64,000 nucleotides of DNA from Octopus vulgaris. Lineage: Eukaryota. The translations under genes and the position numbers were made by a program. The notes beneath the pieces are model-generated. The model did no database searches, was not told the DNA's origin, and worked only from the letters and a program-made list of their open reading frames with translations. This document shows, in pieces, positions 39,317 through 51,525 of the stretch. The stretch covers positions 17,174,001-17,238,000 of the forward strand of contig OX597839.1 of assembly GCA_951406725.2 (NCBI GenBank), in the 5' to 3' direction. Every line of letters starts with the position of its first letter. Position 1 is the stretch's first letter.

Positions 39317-41244
39317 TACCTGACGAGGCTCTTTTGCACTATGCGTCGCATCTGATGTTATTACATCGTTCACGCCCACTAAGGAGCAGTGCAGAATTGT
39401 GTTAATAAATGCTTCTAGTTACACTCTGTCTTCTGTATTAATCGTTTAATATATATATATATTTATATATGTATATATATATATATGTATATATATATAG
39501 TGTTGACGTTCAGAAATCCATATTAACTTTCCCGATAGCGTGAAGTCATACATTTTTGGAATGTTATTTCTCGAAGTATACACATAAAGCTATAAACAAT
39601 AACATGTAAATATTGGTATCCTTTTGGATAGATTAAAGTTCAATGGTAGAATGCTTGCCATTTCTATTGGAGATATGGATTTGAACCAAATCCGCCCACA
39701 AGGCTTTGATCGGGCGGAGGCTATAGTAGAAGGCACTTGCCGAAGGTGCCACAGTGGGTCTGAACCCTGAACTATGTGGTTGGAAAGAAAGCTTCTTACC
39801 ACACAATCATGCCTGCGCCTATTGTTTATCACTTTTTTCTTTTTGCCACACTTAATTGTAATTTACGAGCCTGACCGTAACTGTTTCATTTTAAAGTTTC
39901 TTTTTATTTCTAGAAATATTTGCTTCAAACGTATTAGAGAAGACTGTGATTTTACACAAGTTCTGCTAGCGTTGAATTTGTGTAGTTTTTTGCAGAACTG
40001 ACCAGAAAAAAAAATAGTCTTTTAAAAATCACCTTCAAATTGTACTTAGTCTGAAATTTCGTCGAGTGTTTTATCAATTAAATGAATGAATTGCTTTGCG
40101 ATGTTATTGCTGATTCCTTGAGTTTTCAACAGTGGCAACGCCGGGTATTTCATCTAGTATAAATATAATTGTTATTTAATATTTCCTTTTAATTTGGTGT
40201 CTTCACAAATTAGACAGTTAATGATGGGTTCATTTTAATAATTAGGTACCCCAATGTTCGAAATACTGACAACGCCCATGCTATATGTGACTGCAAGTGT
40301 ATTTCTGTGTGTTGTGTGTGTCTATAAATACATGTGTATGTCTGTACTTACATTTTCTGTTACATTCACTAACGTTATAATATAATGTTATACGTATGCT
40401 ATGAAATACTCCAAACCCCCTCCGTACATATCCGATCACACACACTTACATACACACACATTTTACACACTCGCGTGTGTGGGGCGTGTACGTATGGTTC
40501 TGTGCATATACGTGCACTCATACATACACACATACGTAAACACATGTATATATGTATATATATATATATGTAAATATGCGTAGAAACACACACATACACA
40601 TGCATGCGTGTGTGTGTGTGCATGTATTCGTGTGTGATTATGGTCGCAACCATTGCTGTATGGTTAAGATGCAGCATCTTGAGTGTCTTCTACTGTAGCC
40701 CCGGGCCGACCAATGCCTTGTAAGGGAAATTGGCGGGTGGAAACTGTGTGGAATCCCGTTTTATATGTGTATTTGTGTCTCTGGTTGTACGCTCGGCACT
40801 TAACAAGAGTTGATTTGTTTATACCTCATAACCTAGCCGTTTGACAATAGGGATTAGTGGAATAAGTACCAAGCTTTAAAAATAGTACTGATGTCAATTT
40901 GTTCTACTATAACCCTCCAGGTTATACACACATATACAAAGATTGTATAACTTTAATGAGGCATTGTGTGGTAAATATTTAAAATTCTTTAAAAACTAAT
41001 TTTATGCAAGCTGTAAGGAAATAGTGGAGGGAAAATAGAAAAAAATATAACAGTTTGCACTTTACGTTATGTTTCAGTATTAGGGGATTAAATTACCTGT
41101 ATTAAAAGAGGTTAAAGAAAGGTAACGAGCATATATCTGTGGAAAAGATCGACCCTCATTGAAATACTTCAAATTGTTGATAGTGATTTTAATACCGAAA
41201 TATTGAAAAAATATGATAGTCCTTGTTTTGCTTTCACTCATAGT

Positions 41245-41437
41245 ATTGGTTTCAAATTTTGGCACACGGCCAGCAGCCTCGGCGTGGGAACAAGTCGATT
41301 ATATCGACCCCAGTGCTCAACTGGTGTTTAATTTATTGATCCTGAAAGGACGAAATGCAAAGTTTACCTCGGCGAAATTTGAATGCAGAGCATAAAGACG
41401 GACGAAATGTTGCTAAGATTCTATCTGCTCGCCGCCT
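41245..41437 (-). mobile_element. SINE family B, tail type 2
   Basis: Reverse-orientation core and tail. Confidence 0.75.
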
Positions 41438-41582
41438 TATTTTTCACTCATTATATTGAACTTGCTTTGCGCTCGATTTAGAATTTTAACATCTCTCTCT
41501 TTCTCAGGCTATAAGGCGGTGTTCCAGTATGGCCGCAGTCAAATGACTGAAGCAAATAAAAGAATATATATATATAATATCT

Positions 41583-41695
41583 TACAAGAAGAAGGACAGT
41601 GACTTCTAAGTTTCGGATAACTAGCCTTCGTCAGATTGACCGACGAAGATTAGGAAGCTAAAACTTCTAAGTCACTGTTAGCCCTGTTGTTGTAA
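41583..41695. repeat. Inverted repeat with hammerhead-ribozyme-like arms
   Basis: Minus strand reads CTGACGA-AGG...CC-GAAA-CTT-AG-AAG-TC, with a degenerate mirror copy on +. Confidence 0.6.
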
Positions 41696-41757
41696 AAGTA
41701 TATTAAATTATAATAAACACGCACTATACAAATAAGTATTAAGTTATTATTCAGTTT

Positions 41758-42396
41758 GGATCTTTTCGGTTTGAACGGCAGTTTTTTAAAATAATTTCCA
41801 CATAACTAAACACTTTTAAACTTCGTATACTGGTAGAAAGTGTTTATAAAACATCTTTTTCTCTTGGCTTTATTGAGAAAATTCTATAGTTTGTAAGATA
41901 TTTGTTGTTTTTTTTCTTCAATTTCTGCAATTTCAACCAATCAATGACGTTTATTGAGGTGAAAACATTCTGTTGCCGTGTGAATATGTTCCTCGTTTAA
42001 GAAACAGATTGGGTTTATTTACATTTCTGAAGAAAAAAAGATACCATTCCCCCACCCCTAACCCTAACCCTAAAACAGATTGAAATGCAATAGATCGATT
42101 CTAGGGTCATAATTATGAGTGACAATTTCATATGACACCTCTAGAAAAAACCGAAAAGATCCAAACTCACTATATAGCAGTAAAAGATATGTAGAAATGG
42201 TTCATTTCTGACCAGATATCGATATTGAGGCAATTCTTTCCCAGATCTATTTTGAAGATATAGCAAATATTATTAGCCCGTTTGTCACATCCATTTTTTG
42301 TCACGTACGTCACACCACGATACTAGGGTCATAATTATGGGTGACAATTTCATATGACACCGCTAGGAAAAACTGCCGTTCAAACCGAAAAGATCC
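41758..42396 (+). mobile_element. Composite family D MITE with two right ends and 157 bp of captured DNA
   Basis: Outer TSD ttcagttt/ttaagttt. Internal extra terminus at 42162. Confidence 0.9.
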
Positions 42397-42422
42397 TTAA
42401 GTTTTATTATAACGCAACTTAA

Positions 42423-42518
<96 letters not shown>

Positions 42519-42856
42519 TGTATGTATGAACTTCCTTTTCGCGATTTGATTTAACATTTAAGGCGGTCCGGGGTTGATAAAATAATGTTCCAGTATAGAG
42601 GATTGGAGTTGATGTAAATGGACTCTCTCTCAAAATGGCTGGTCTTGTGCCTAAATAAGAAGCCGTTTTTATTATTAAAAGAGGCAGAATCGGCAAACTG
42701 GCAGAGTCATTAGAACGCCGGACAAAATGTTTAGCAATATTTCGTCCGCCTTCCATCCTTTTGCAGTCGATAAAATAAGCACCAGTTGAACACTGGAGTT
42801 GATGTAATCGGTTAGCGCCCCATCTTCCCAAAATTTCAGGCCTTGTGCCTATGCAG

Positions 42857-43595
42857 CAATGTTTCTCAACTATTCTTGTTTTACTTATGGACCCCTTTGA
42901 TTCCTATTTTACTTTATGGACCCTCCTAGCCATTCGATGTTTAAAAAATATGTTTCTACGATTAAATATTATTACGAATTGTATATAAAAAAAAAATGTT
43001 AAAATACTTTGTATTCTGTAGAAGTGTAACCAATTCATTGCAGATAAACTTTTACCCATAAAGCGCTGGGATTTGCATGGACTGCTGAGCACATTTTATG
43101 GAAATGAGACTACCATGCACACATAAAAAACAAATAATAGTTAAATTATTTTCTTAGTATATAATAGTGGCAAGTTCTACATCATCTGAAAAGTCATTAG
43201 TTGCATTATTAGTCCTTTTACATTCTGGTGGGGTATCGGAGCGTTTGGGTGACATTAGACCCAACAAACGCCCATAAATTAAATGCATCTATCTAGATCA
43301 GTGCTTTTCAAACTTTTTGCTGAAGCGGAACCCCAAGGAAACATTTCACTGACTCGAGGAACCCCTGTGCAATAATTTAATTGTCTTATGCACACATATC
43401 TGCACAGGAGAATTAAAAATTACTGTCGATTTTAGCATTTTTGTAACTTCTTGCGGAACCCCTGGACTGTACTGGCGGAACCCTAAGGTTCCGCGGAATC
43501 CTGGTTGAAAACTACTGATCTAGATCATGATCGTGCTCCGTCGCGCTTTATGTGTTAACACCAAATTCTTTATGGATCCAGGTTGAGAACCGCTG
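42857..43595. mobile_element. Older hAT-type element hosting the 43299 MITE
   Basis: caatgtttctcaac...gttgagaaccgctg. Left part is colinear with 55689-55890. Confidence 0.65.
43299..43517. mobile_element. hAT-type MITE
   Basis: cagtgcttttcaa...ttgaaaactactg termini. Perfect 8-bp TSD atctagat. Confidence 0.88.
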
Positions 43596-43639
43596 TTATA
43601 TATTAAGGTTTATTAAAAGAGGCGAACGCAAAAAAAAAA

Positions 43640-44220
43640 AAAGATGCTTTGTCGTATTTCTTCAAACTCGTTACATTTTGAGTTCAAATTCTGCTGAAGT
43701 AGACTTTGTTTTGTCATCCTTTCGAGGTCTTTAAAATCAGTACCATTTAAATACTTGCGTCGGTGTAATCGACTTACCCCTTGTTCTAACAAATTGCTTG
43801 CTGGCCTTATCCCAAAATTCGAAACGGCGGCAAGCTGACGGAATCGTTAGTGCGTCGGACAAAATGCTTAGCGGCTCTTTACGTTCTGAGCTGAAATCTC
43901 GCCGAAATCAACTTTTCTTTTCACATTTTCGGGATCGATAAAAATAAGTATCAGTTGAACGCTGGAGTCGATTTAATCAATTTACCCACTTCCCCTAACA
44001 AATTGCCGACCTTGTGCCAAAATTATAGACCAGTTTTAATGGCGAGTTCACAAAATCGTTAGAGCATTTTCTGTGGCCCTTTATGTTGATCTGAAATTCC
44101 ACCGAGATCAACCTGCCTCTCATCTTATGGGGTTCGATGAACTAAGTACCAGTTGAACGCTTGGAACAGCTGTAATCTATTTAACGCTCCCCTAAAATTG
44201 TTAGCTTTGTACCAACATTA
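43640..44220 (+). mobile_element. Three tandem diverged SINE family B copies
   Basis: Repeated head, core and tail type 2. Confidence 0.75.
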
Positions 44221-44794
44221 TTATGTTTGTTTTCTTTTCGCTCTCGATATTTGGAGTAGAAATGTATCTAAGATTTTTGTTACAAATTTGGTTTCATTAA
44301 TAGTTTTGTCATATAGGAAGTCTTTTACAAGGCAAGTGTTTTTTTTTAAATGTATTTACCAGAAAGAAAAAAAATTGTTTTGGACATTTGTTCCATTTCG
44401 TTGGTAATGGTGTCGAACAATAGAGGCAACGCTTCCCCAAGCAACAATGAAAATAGCATTTCTGCCATTGCTAAACAAAATAATATCAAGCCTAGACTGC
44501 CAAAGTTCTTCCCTGTTGTAAACATGGAAAGTTTTGCCTTTACAGAAAAAAAAGGTGTTTTTTGAAAGTTTCTGAAGTTTTCATCGATGATAAAGGCTTT
44601 CAGAGATGCTGACGAGGGCTTTCAGAGATCTCTGAGAGCTGTACAATGTCTGGTGGGTGCTCAGACTCGACCTAACAAGTGAATTTTAGTCTTGTTTGGG
44701 TGGATAACAATAAATGATTTTTATGTACTATTATCATATTTTAATTATTGTATTTTCTACCTACCTTTTGTTATATTTTATCAAATTTTTAATA

Positions 44795-45147
44795 GGCTCG
44801 GGCATGGTTATGTGGTTAAGAAACTAGCTGTACGACCACATGGTTTCGGGGCAAGTGTCTTCTACTATAGCCCCCGGGTCGACCAATATCTTGTGAGTGA
44901 ATTTGGTTGACGGAAAATATATGGAAACTAATTGCGTGTCCCCCATCACCGCTTGACGGTTGTAGGTTTTGTTTACGTCCCAATAAATTAGAGGTTCGGC
45001 AAAAAAAAAAAAAAAAAATCGCTACAATAAGGACCAGACTTAAAAAAAAAGTTTAAGTACTGGGGTTGTTGTTCTTCCTTTTTCTTTTTTCCGTCTAAAT
45101 CCTTCAAGGTGAATCCTAGCATGGTTTGTAGCCCAATGACTGAAACA
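44795..45147 (+). mobile_element. Diverged SINE family A
   Basis: Head, middle and 3' motifs are recognisable. Confidence 0.75.
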
Positions 45148-46249
45148 ACATAAAAAAGGGGGCGAAAACAATGCATCTATCGTTATGTCTTCACCCCTCC
45201 CTTTCTCTTTATCATTGTCCATTTCAACATGTATTGTAAACTAGATGTTCTTTAACGTTTATTATATTTTCTGTATTTCTGTGAGCCGTTGTGGCTAATA
45301 CAGGAAGAATTATTGTTATTATCGTTATTATTTTTTTGCAGGTGCTGTACCTCTTCCACCAGGATCAAGATTGCTGATAAAAAGTAATCCCCCAAAACAA
45401 ATTTTTAATGGATTTTCAAACAACCACATCTTGTTTATTTAATTAAGAATAATTTTCTTACAAAAATTAAACGGTCATTATTGTTACATTTTGTAATAAT
45501 AATTATTAAAAAAGTCTATAAAGAATTATTAAATACAGTTAAGAGAAAATTTTTTAAGAACCTAAACCCCAGAGATATACATACCAACATACTCCCTTAC
45601 TAAACAAACTAGAGCAACAAAAAAGCAACCCAAAGAAAAACAATCGATACTAATCGTAAAATAACACCAAAACTAACAATGGTTACAATAACAACCGGAA
45701 TAATATTTAAAAAAGAAAAGAGGAAGAAAATATAACTACACACACACATTATATATATATGTTTGGTGATACATAAATAGGTTTACGTTATATACACACA
45801 CATTAAGGTTTAGTCACACACACACACATAGACTTGGTGGTACATATAAGTATAAATAGGTTTAGTGATATACAAACACACACAAGAATGTGAAACAACT
45901 ATATAAGTATATATATAAACTATTAGCAAACGTTTCACTGCCGCTCCCCTTTTCCTCTCCTTCTTTTTGAATATCTTTATTTTCTTTCTTTCTTTCTTTT
46001 TCCTCTTTAAATACCATTTTTGAAGTGATAGGTGAGCTTCTTCCTAATGAGCAGAGAAAAAAAAACTCTGATGGAACCCGGTTCTCGTTCGAAAACTGTA
46101 GTGGCTGTTTAATTAATGCTCTTGAGAAAAGCATACAGTTCACGACATCCCATTTTTATTTATTTGAGAAAACATAAATAAAAAAAAAAAACAAAAACAA
46201 ATTTGGCTGTGTATATCTAGTGAAACGAAATAAGTGGCATCTGGAAGGA

Positions 46250-47305
46250 AAATAAGTTAAAACATTTACAGTAAGCGGGGAGGTGACCGTAAGTTGTGTA
46301 AGAAATTAGGTGAATTTAGTAAATTAGTGTCTCAAGCAAGCCACGTGTCGGTGGCGTGGACTTTTCCCTAAGTTGTTAACTACACTTTTTATTGTGATTT
46401 TTTTATACTGCATTACCTCTTCTGGTGATATTCCCTTAGTTAAAAAAAAAAAACGTATACAAGTTACGTAATCTCAAATTCTTCTCTTCCCTTACTCTCC
46501 CTTAAAAATATATAGCGCCCGTATCTAGTTAGCCGAAATCTGATCTGAACTACTGCGTAGAGGTGTGGGGGGGAGATGCCCCTCTCTATGTCTCTCCTCC
46601 CGTCTCTCTCTCTCTCTCTTACTCTCTCTCTCGTTTCACCGTTCAGTAAGAGAGGCGTATATGTAATTGAGCTATCGGTAAACCGAGTCGCTGATGTGAT
46701 GCGATGCGACTCGTAAACATTATGATTTCTTCATTTCGGTTTCCCCTCACGTTACGCCGCCCTGCTAATTGAGCAATCACCTCTTGCTGGGAAAGCATGA
46801 ACGTGCCAGCATCCAAATCACTTTTTTCCTTTCTGCTTATCAAACAAGGATGAGGCTTTTTAAGCTTTGTTAACATTTAAAAAACAAACAAAAACAGTCA
46901 TAACGGACATTAAGGAAACGCGTATGAATTTCTTTTCCATTAATTATCAAACAGTTAAAAAAAAAAAAGCTTTATAGACACATACATACGCACAAATAAT
47001 TACAGCGCGACAGGCACATATTAAACCATTCAAAAAAAAAAAAAATCATGACTTCGTTTAAACATTATTTAGTGTCAAAATTTTCGTCACACCTACTACA
47101 ACCTGGTCACTGACGCGATTCCACTACATTGCGGTTTTCAGATCATATCACTTTGCCTGACAAATACACTTCCGACACACACATACACAGAACAGAAATT
47201 AGGCAACTTAATAGAATCGGTGATAGTAAACAAAACAAAAAAAAAACCCAAAAAAGCACACATACATCACCACCAACAACAAAGATAACATACCTACGAA
47301 ACAAA

Positions 47306-47345
<40 letters not shown>

Positions 47346-48222
47346 CTTTTAAGGTTCCCTGTTTTTGTCTCTTATGTCGTTTTTAATGTTTAACTTTCCC
47401 GCCCCTCTCCATGCTGCAGCATCCAAACATGCTTGGGAAATATCCACATTTCGTACAGCACAACTCTCCAGTCACGCCGTTTGCAAGTCTTGCACTTGTC
47501 ATTGTGAAAACACCAGTAAACATAGTAATAATAGTAATATTAATAATAACAGTAATTTCTGCAACTACTACTACTACTACTACTGCCATTAGAAAGTTAG
47601 ACGAAGACAGCGAAATTAGTAAAAGTATCACCGACGCAAGCTGCAGAAGACGAAGGAAATCGACAGCGAAAATAACAACGAAAGCATTGAAAACAACAAC
47701 AACGATAACAACCGGAATAATAATAATAACAACAACAACAACGAGAAAGACAGCAGCAGCAGCAGCAGTTGAAATTTCATTCAGACAAACAGCAGCAACA
47801 GCAGCATCGGGAGCAGCACTATCGTTATCAGCAATAGCGGTGGCATCTTCTGCAGTAACGACAGCGGTAGCAACAGAAACATTTGAAAGAGCAGCAGCAG
47901 TAATAATAGTAACAGCAGCAGCAGCAGCAGCAGTAGAAGCGACAAAGTCAGCCGCCACAGCAACACCTGCAGTGGTATCATCATCACCATCGAAGAAAAA
48001 TAGCAGAGCGACTGCCGGTTTGGGAGACGACAGTATCAGAGCAGCTAGCGACGGCAGTAGAAACTGCTGTGTAGCTGCATGAGCAGCAGCAGCAGCGGCA
48101 GTGAAAGCAGTGGAATTGCAGTAGTATTCTTAAACACCGGTTTCAACAACCACAACAACAGCAGCAGCGAGTAGTAGAGTAGCGAAGAAGCAGTAGAAAG
48201 AGTAGCGGTATTGGTGTTCAAG
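46250..48222 (+). promoter_or_regulatory. Putative FoxJ2/3 promoter and long triplet-repeat-rich 5' leader
   Basis: No recognisable SINE or MITE from about 45.3 to 49.1 kb. More CpG around 46.5-46.8 kb, a CT tract, and CAG/AAC/AAT repeats leading to the ATG. The TSS cannot be placed from sequence alone. Confidence 0.45.
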
Positions 48223-48987
48223 ATGGCGGACCTGGAGAGTAGTCTGACCGCGATGGACTGGCTACCGCGTCTTAGTGTGGGAGGGGCCATGACGGGAACA
48301 GGAGTCGGGGGTGCAACCGCCGGAAATGCTGGCGCCGGTTGCATTACTAACAACGGTGGGGCCCTTATGAGGACTGTGGATAGCCAGATGGGGCTTCAAA
48401 AGTCGGCCGTGTCGGCTTATCAACACCATCACACCCACCACAACCCTCCACCACCGCCACCACCTCCTCACCTAAATAACAACACGCCGGGCGGCGGCGG
48501 TGGTGGTGGAGGAGGCGGCGGTGGCGGCGGCGGCACCACGGACGGTGGCGGTGGCGCCGGCGGTGGATGCCCGCCGCTCTCGCAACCGCCACATCCTCAT
48601 AGCATTAACAACGGCAACCACCATCACAACAGCAACAACAATCACCACAACAACCACACTAACAACAACAACAACCAACAACAACACAACAACTCTAGCA
48701 ACCACCACCACAACAACAACCCACACCTCCCCCACCATCAGCAACAACAAGCACAACACCACCACCTACAACAACACCATCAGCCACCACCACTACCACC
48801 ACCACCACCACAACAACAACACCATCACCCCCACGCTGCCAGAGACGGCAAACCGCCCTATAGTTATGCCAGTTTGATAACATTTGCAATAAACAGCTCC
48901 CCGAGGAAAAAAATGACTTTGAGTGAGATTTATCAATGGATATGTGATAACTTCCCTTATTACCGGGATGCTGGGAACGGATGGAAG
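48223..48987 (+). CDS. foxj2/3: Forkhead box J2/J3 transcription factor, first coding exon (255 codons, ends inside the forkhead domain)
   Basis: N-terminus [17 protein letters not shown] matches the FoxJ2/J3 LESSLTxxDWLP motif. [48 protein letters not shown] is nearly identical to the vertebrate FOXJ3 forkhead N-half as I recall it. ATG lies in a CAAGATGGCG context. The exon ends at a consensus donor AAG|GTAAGT (GT at 48988, phase 0). Confidence 0.95.
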
Positions 48988-49109
48988 GTAAGTTATTGTT
49001 TTGCGTATATATATATCTTATTCATATATAAATGTTATAATATATCTGTTTATCTTACTATTTGACTGTTTATCAACATGTTTATTTGTATTATCTTATG
49101 CATCCAGAC

Positions 49110-49189
<80 letters not shown>

Positions 49190-49464
49190 GTTCTGTGGAG
49201 TTATTGACATCCCAGGCTCTAAGCATATACATGTGTCGGCGAAACTTCGAAGTCACTGTTAATAACATTTAGTTTGTGTTGTCATATTCTTTTAAAATTA
49301 CCAATCTACGTAGATTTGATTACATTCATATCTACCGAACTGTCTGTGTTGTGCGTATGTGTGTTCGCGCGCGTGTTTACAACTTTACTCATCAAATTAT
49401 TTAAAATTTTATATGGCTTACATATCTATCTATCTAACTATCTATCTATCTATCTATCTATCTA

Positions 49465-49532
<68 letters not shown>

Positions 49533-49584
49533 CCTGTCTGTCTGTCTATCTATCTACCTGTCTGTCTGTCTATCTACCTGTCTG

Positions 49585-49660
<76 letters not shown>

Positions 49661-49690
49661 CCTGTCTATCTACCTGTCTGTCTGTCTACC
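49110..49690. repeat. (TCTA)n/(TCTG)n microsatellites at the start of the FoxJ2/3 intron
   Basis: Seen directly. Confidence 0.92.
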
Positions 49691-50029
49691 TACCCACCAG
49701 TGTGTTCATATATGCATGTAGCTACCCGTTACCACCGCACCCCGTTTCAGCCGTTCACTCTGTTATTAACCATGAAGTAAAACTTTACTTGTTTAGCAAG
49801 CGGCGCTGACCGAAAGTGAAAGTAGCCAGCCAAGTCCAGTTGTTTTGTTTCTAAGTAGGATCGTGTGTATTCGTTACTTTGCAATCTACTGCTATTGCTA
49901 TTACTCGAAGGATAGCTTTCGGAGGTTAATAGAATAAAATACCAGTCAAGTATTGAGGTCAATGACATTGAGTAATCCACTCTCCTGAAAACTACTGGCC
50001 TTGTGTCAAAAGTTTTAGCAATTATTTGG

Positions 50030-50203
50030 GGCGGTGAGGTGGCAGAATCGTTAGCCCGTCGGACAAAATGCTTTGCGGCTTTTCTTTCGGCTCTTTACGT
50101 CTTGAGTTCAAATTCCACCTGGGTCGACTTTGCCTTTCATCCTTTTGGGGTCGATTAAATAAGTATCAGTTACTCACTGGGATCGATGTATTCGACTTAA
50201 TCC
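50030..50203 (+). mobile_element. SINE family B head and core abutting a LINE 3' end
   Basis: ggcggtgaggtggcagaatcgttagc...ttcgacttaatcc. Confidence 0.82.
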
Positions 50204-50663
50204 TTCTCTTCGTCTTCGGTCAAGATCGTATTGACCTTTTTAAAGTTCCACTTGGAAAGGAAAGTGTGGGTGGAGAAAGAAATGCTCTCACCCAGGGAAT
50301 TTGTCAAAAGGTGGGTGACTGTAGCAAAAATAGTTAGGGTTAATAGGCCTACTCTAACTATATGCCTGTAGATGGAAACAACAGTTGGACGAGGGTTCGT
50401 GTCTTTGGCGGTCAGGGCTATCCTGCTTCTGTGGGGGTATCTTGAATGGTCCTAGTTGGAGGTCCTTTATCAGGAGACGTGCATGACAGATGTGTTCACA
50501 TATTTTGTATTGTTATCTTTTTTTTTAGTTGTTTCAGTTATTAAACTATGGCCATGCTGGAGCCTCGCCTATTCTTTTCTTTCTCACATCAACCCCCACA
50601 CAAATAGTAAATCGTTTTTGCATTGTCCCCCTCATCTTTCACTCTGGTGGCACATAAAATAAA
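50204..50663 (+). mobile_element. L1/Tx1-clade LINE 3' end
   Basis: FVFGQDRIDLF/KFHLERKVWVEKEMLSPREFVKRWVTVAKIVRV aligns by eye with FVSGQGLVNFFSYHLSNKIRLEKRYLSRDRFMRRWKPVARKLGV of the 29-kb LINE. Confidence 0.72.
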
Positions 50664-51431
50664 TTATTGTTGTTGTTGTTCCAGTTCTTTACGCTCTGAG
50701 TTCAAATACTTCTGAGATTGACTTAGCTATTCATCCGTTCGTGAGTAGATAAAATGAATGGCAGTTGAGCCCTGGACTCCCACCAAAAAGAAGAAGAAAT
50801 AAAGAAAGAAAATTGCTAGGCTTCTGCTATAAATTAGAAACAATTATTGTTGTTATGGTGTCCAAAAACAAAAAAATCTGAAACGATCCACTTCAGGGCT
50901 GCCAGTAATCAAGGAGCCCCTGCCCTACATTTATTAGAATGCCCTTAGTGTCAAAGGACATGTGCCCTCAGTCAGCTGTGTTCGTTCTCTGACCTACATA
51001 CTCGGTTGGTGACATTAAGTTCATTCATGTAATAGTCGTGTTTTCTTTTCTGTTTACATTTTTTGTTGTTGTTTCTGTAGACATTACCAACAGGTCGTTA
51101 AGGCTTGTTTACATCCACGTTGCTATGAAAGTTAATCCACAAAACCGTGCTATTGACCACAACTCTATTTTCTTTTTTTTTTTTTTATCTTTTACAGCTG
51201 TTTATATTATATAATCATGAGTATAACTACATAAGTGTGCCTCCACCCGACTTTATTTCCTTATAATTTTCTGAAAAAGAACTAAAACAGATTTCTTTTA
51301 TGAATATTCTACACATACGTTTTAGATGTTGGTGTACTTTGCAATTATGTCAGAATGTGTTGTGGGGGCAATATTTAACGCTTGTCGATCTTGTTTCTTC
51401 GTTACTTTCACGTTATGATGATATAGATTAC

Positions 51432-51525
<94 letters not shown>

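Noticed and set aside
48223-48987. Assignment as FoxJ1, FoxK or FoxN
   Set aside because: [33 protein letters not shown] and LESSLTxMDWLP fit FoxJ2/3 better.
48988-49065. ORF-track extension VSYCFAY... after GWK, and the TTG start at 48211
   Set aside because: Forkhead similarity ends at a consensus splice donor, so the extension is intronic. ATG 48223 matches the conserved N-terminus.
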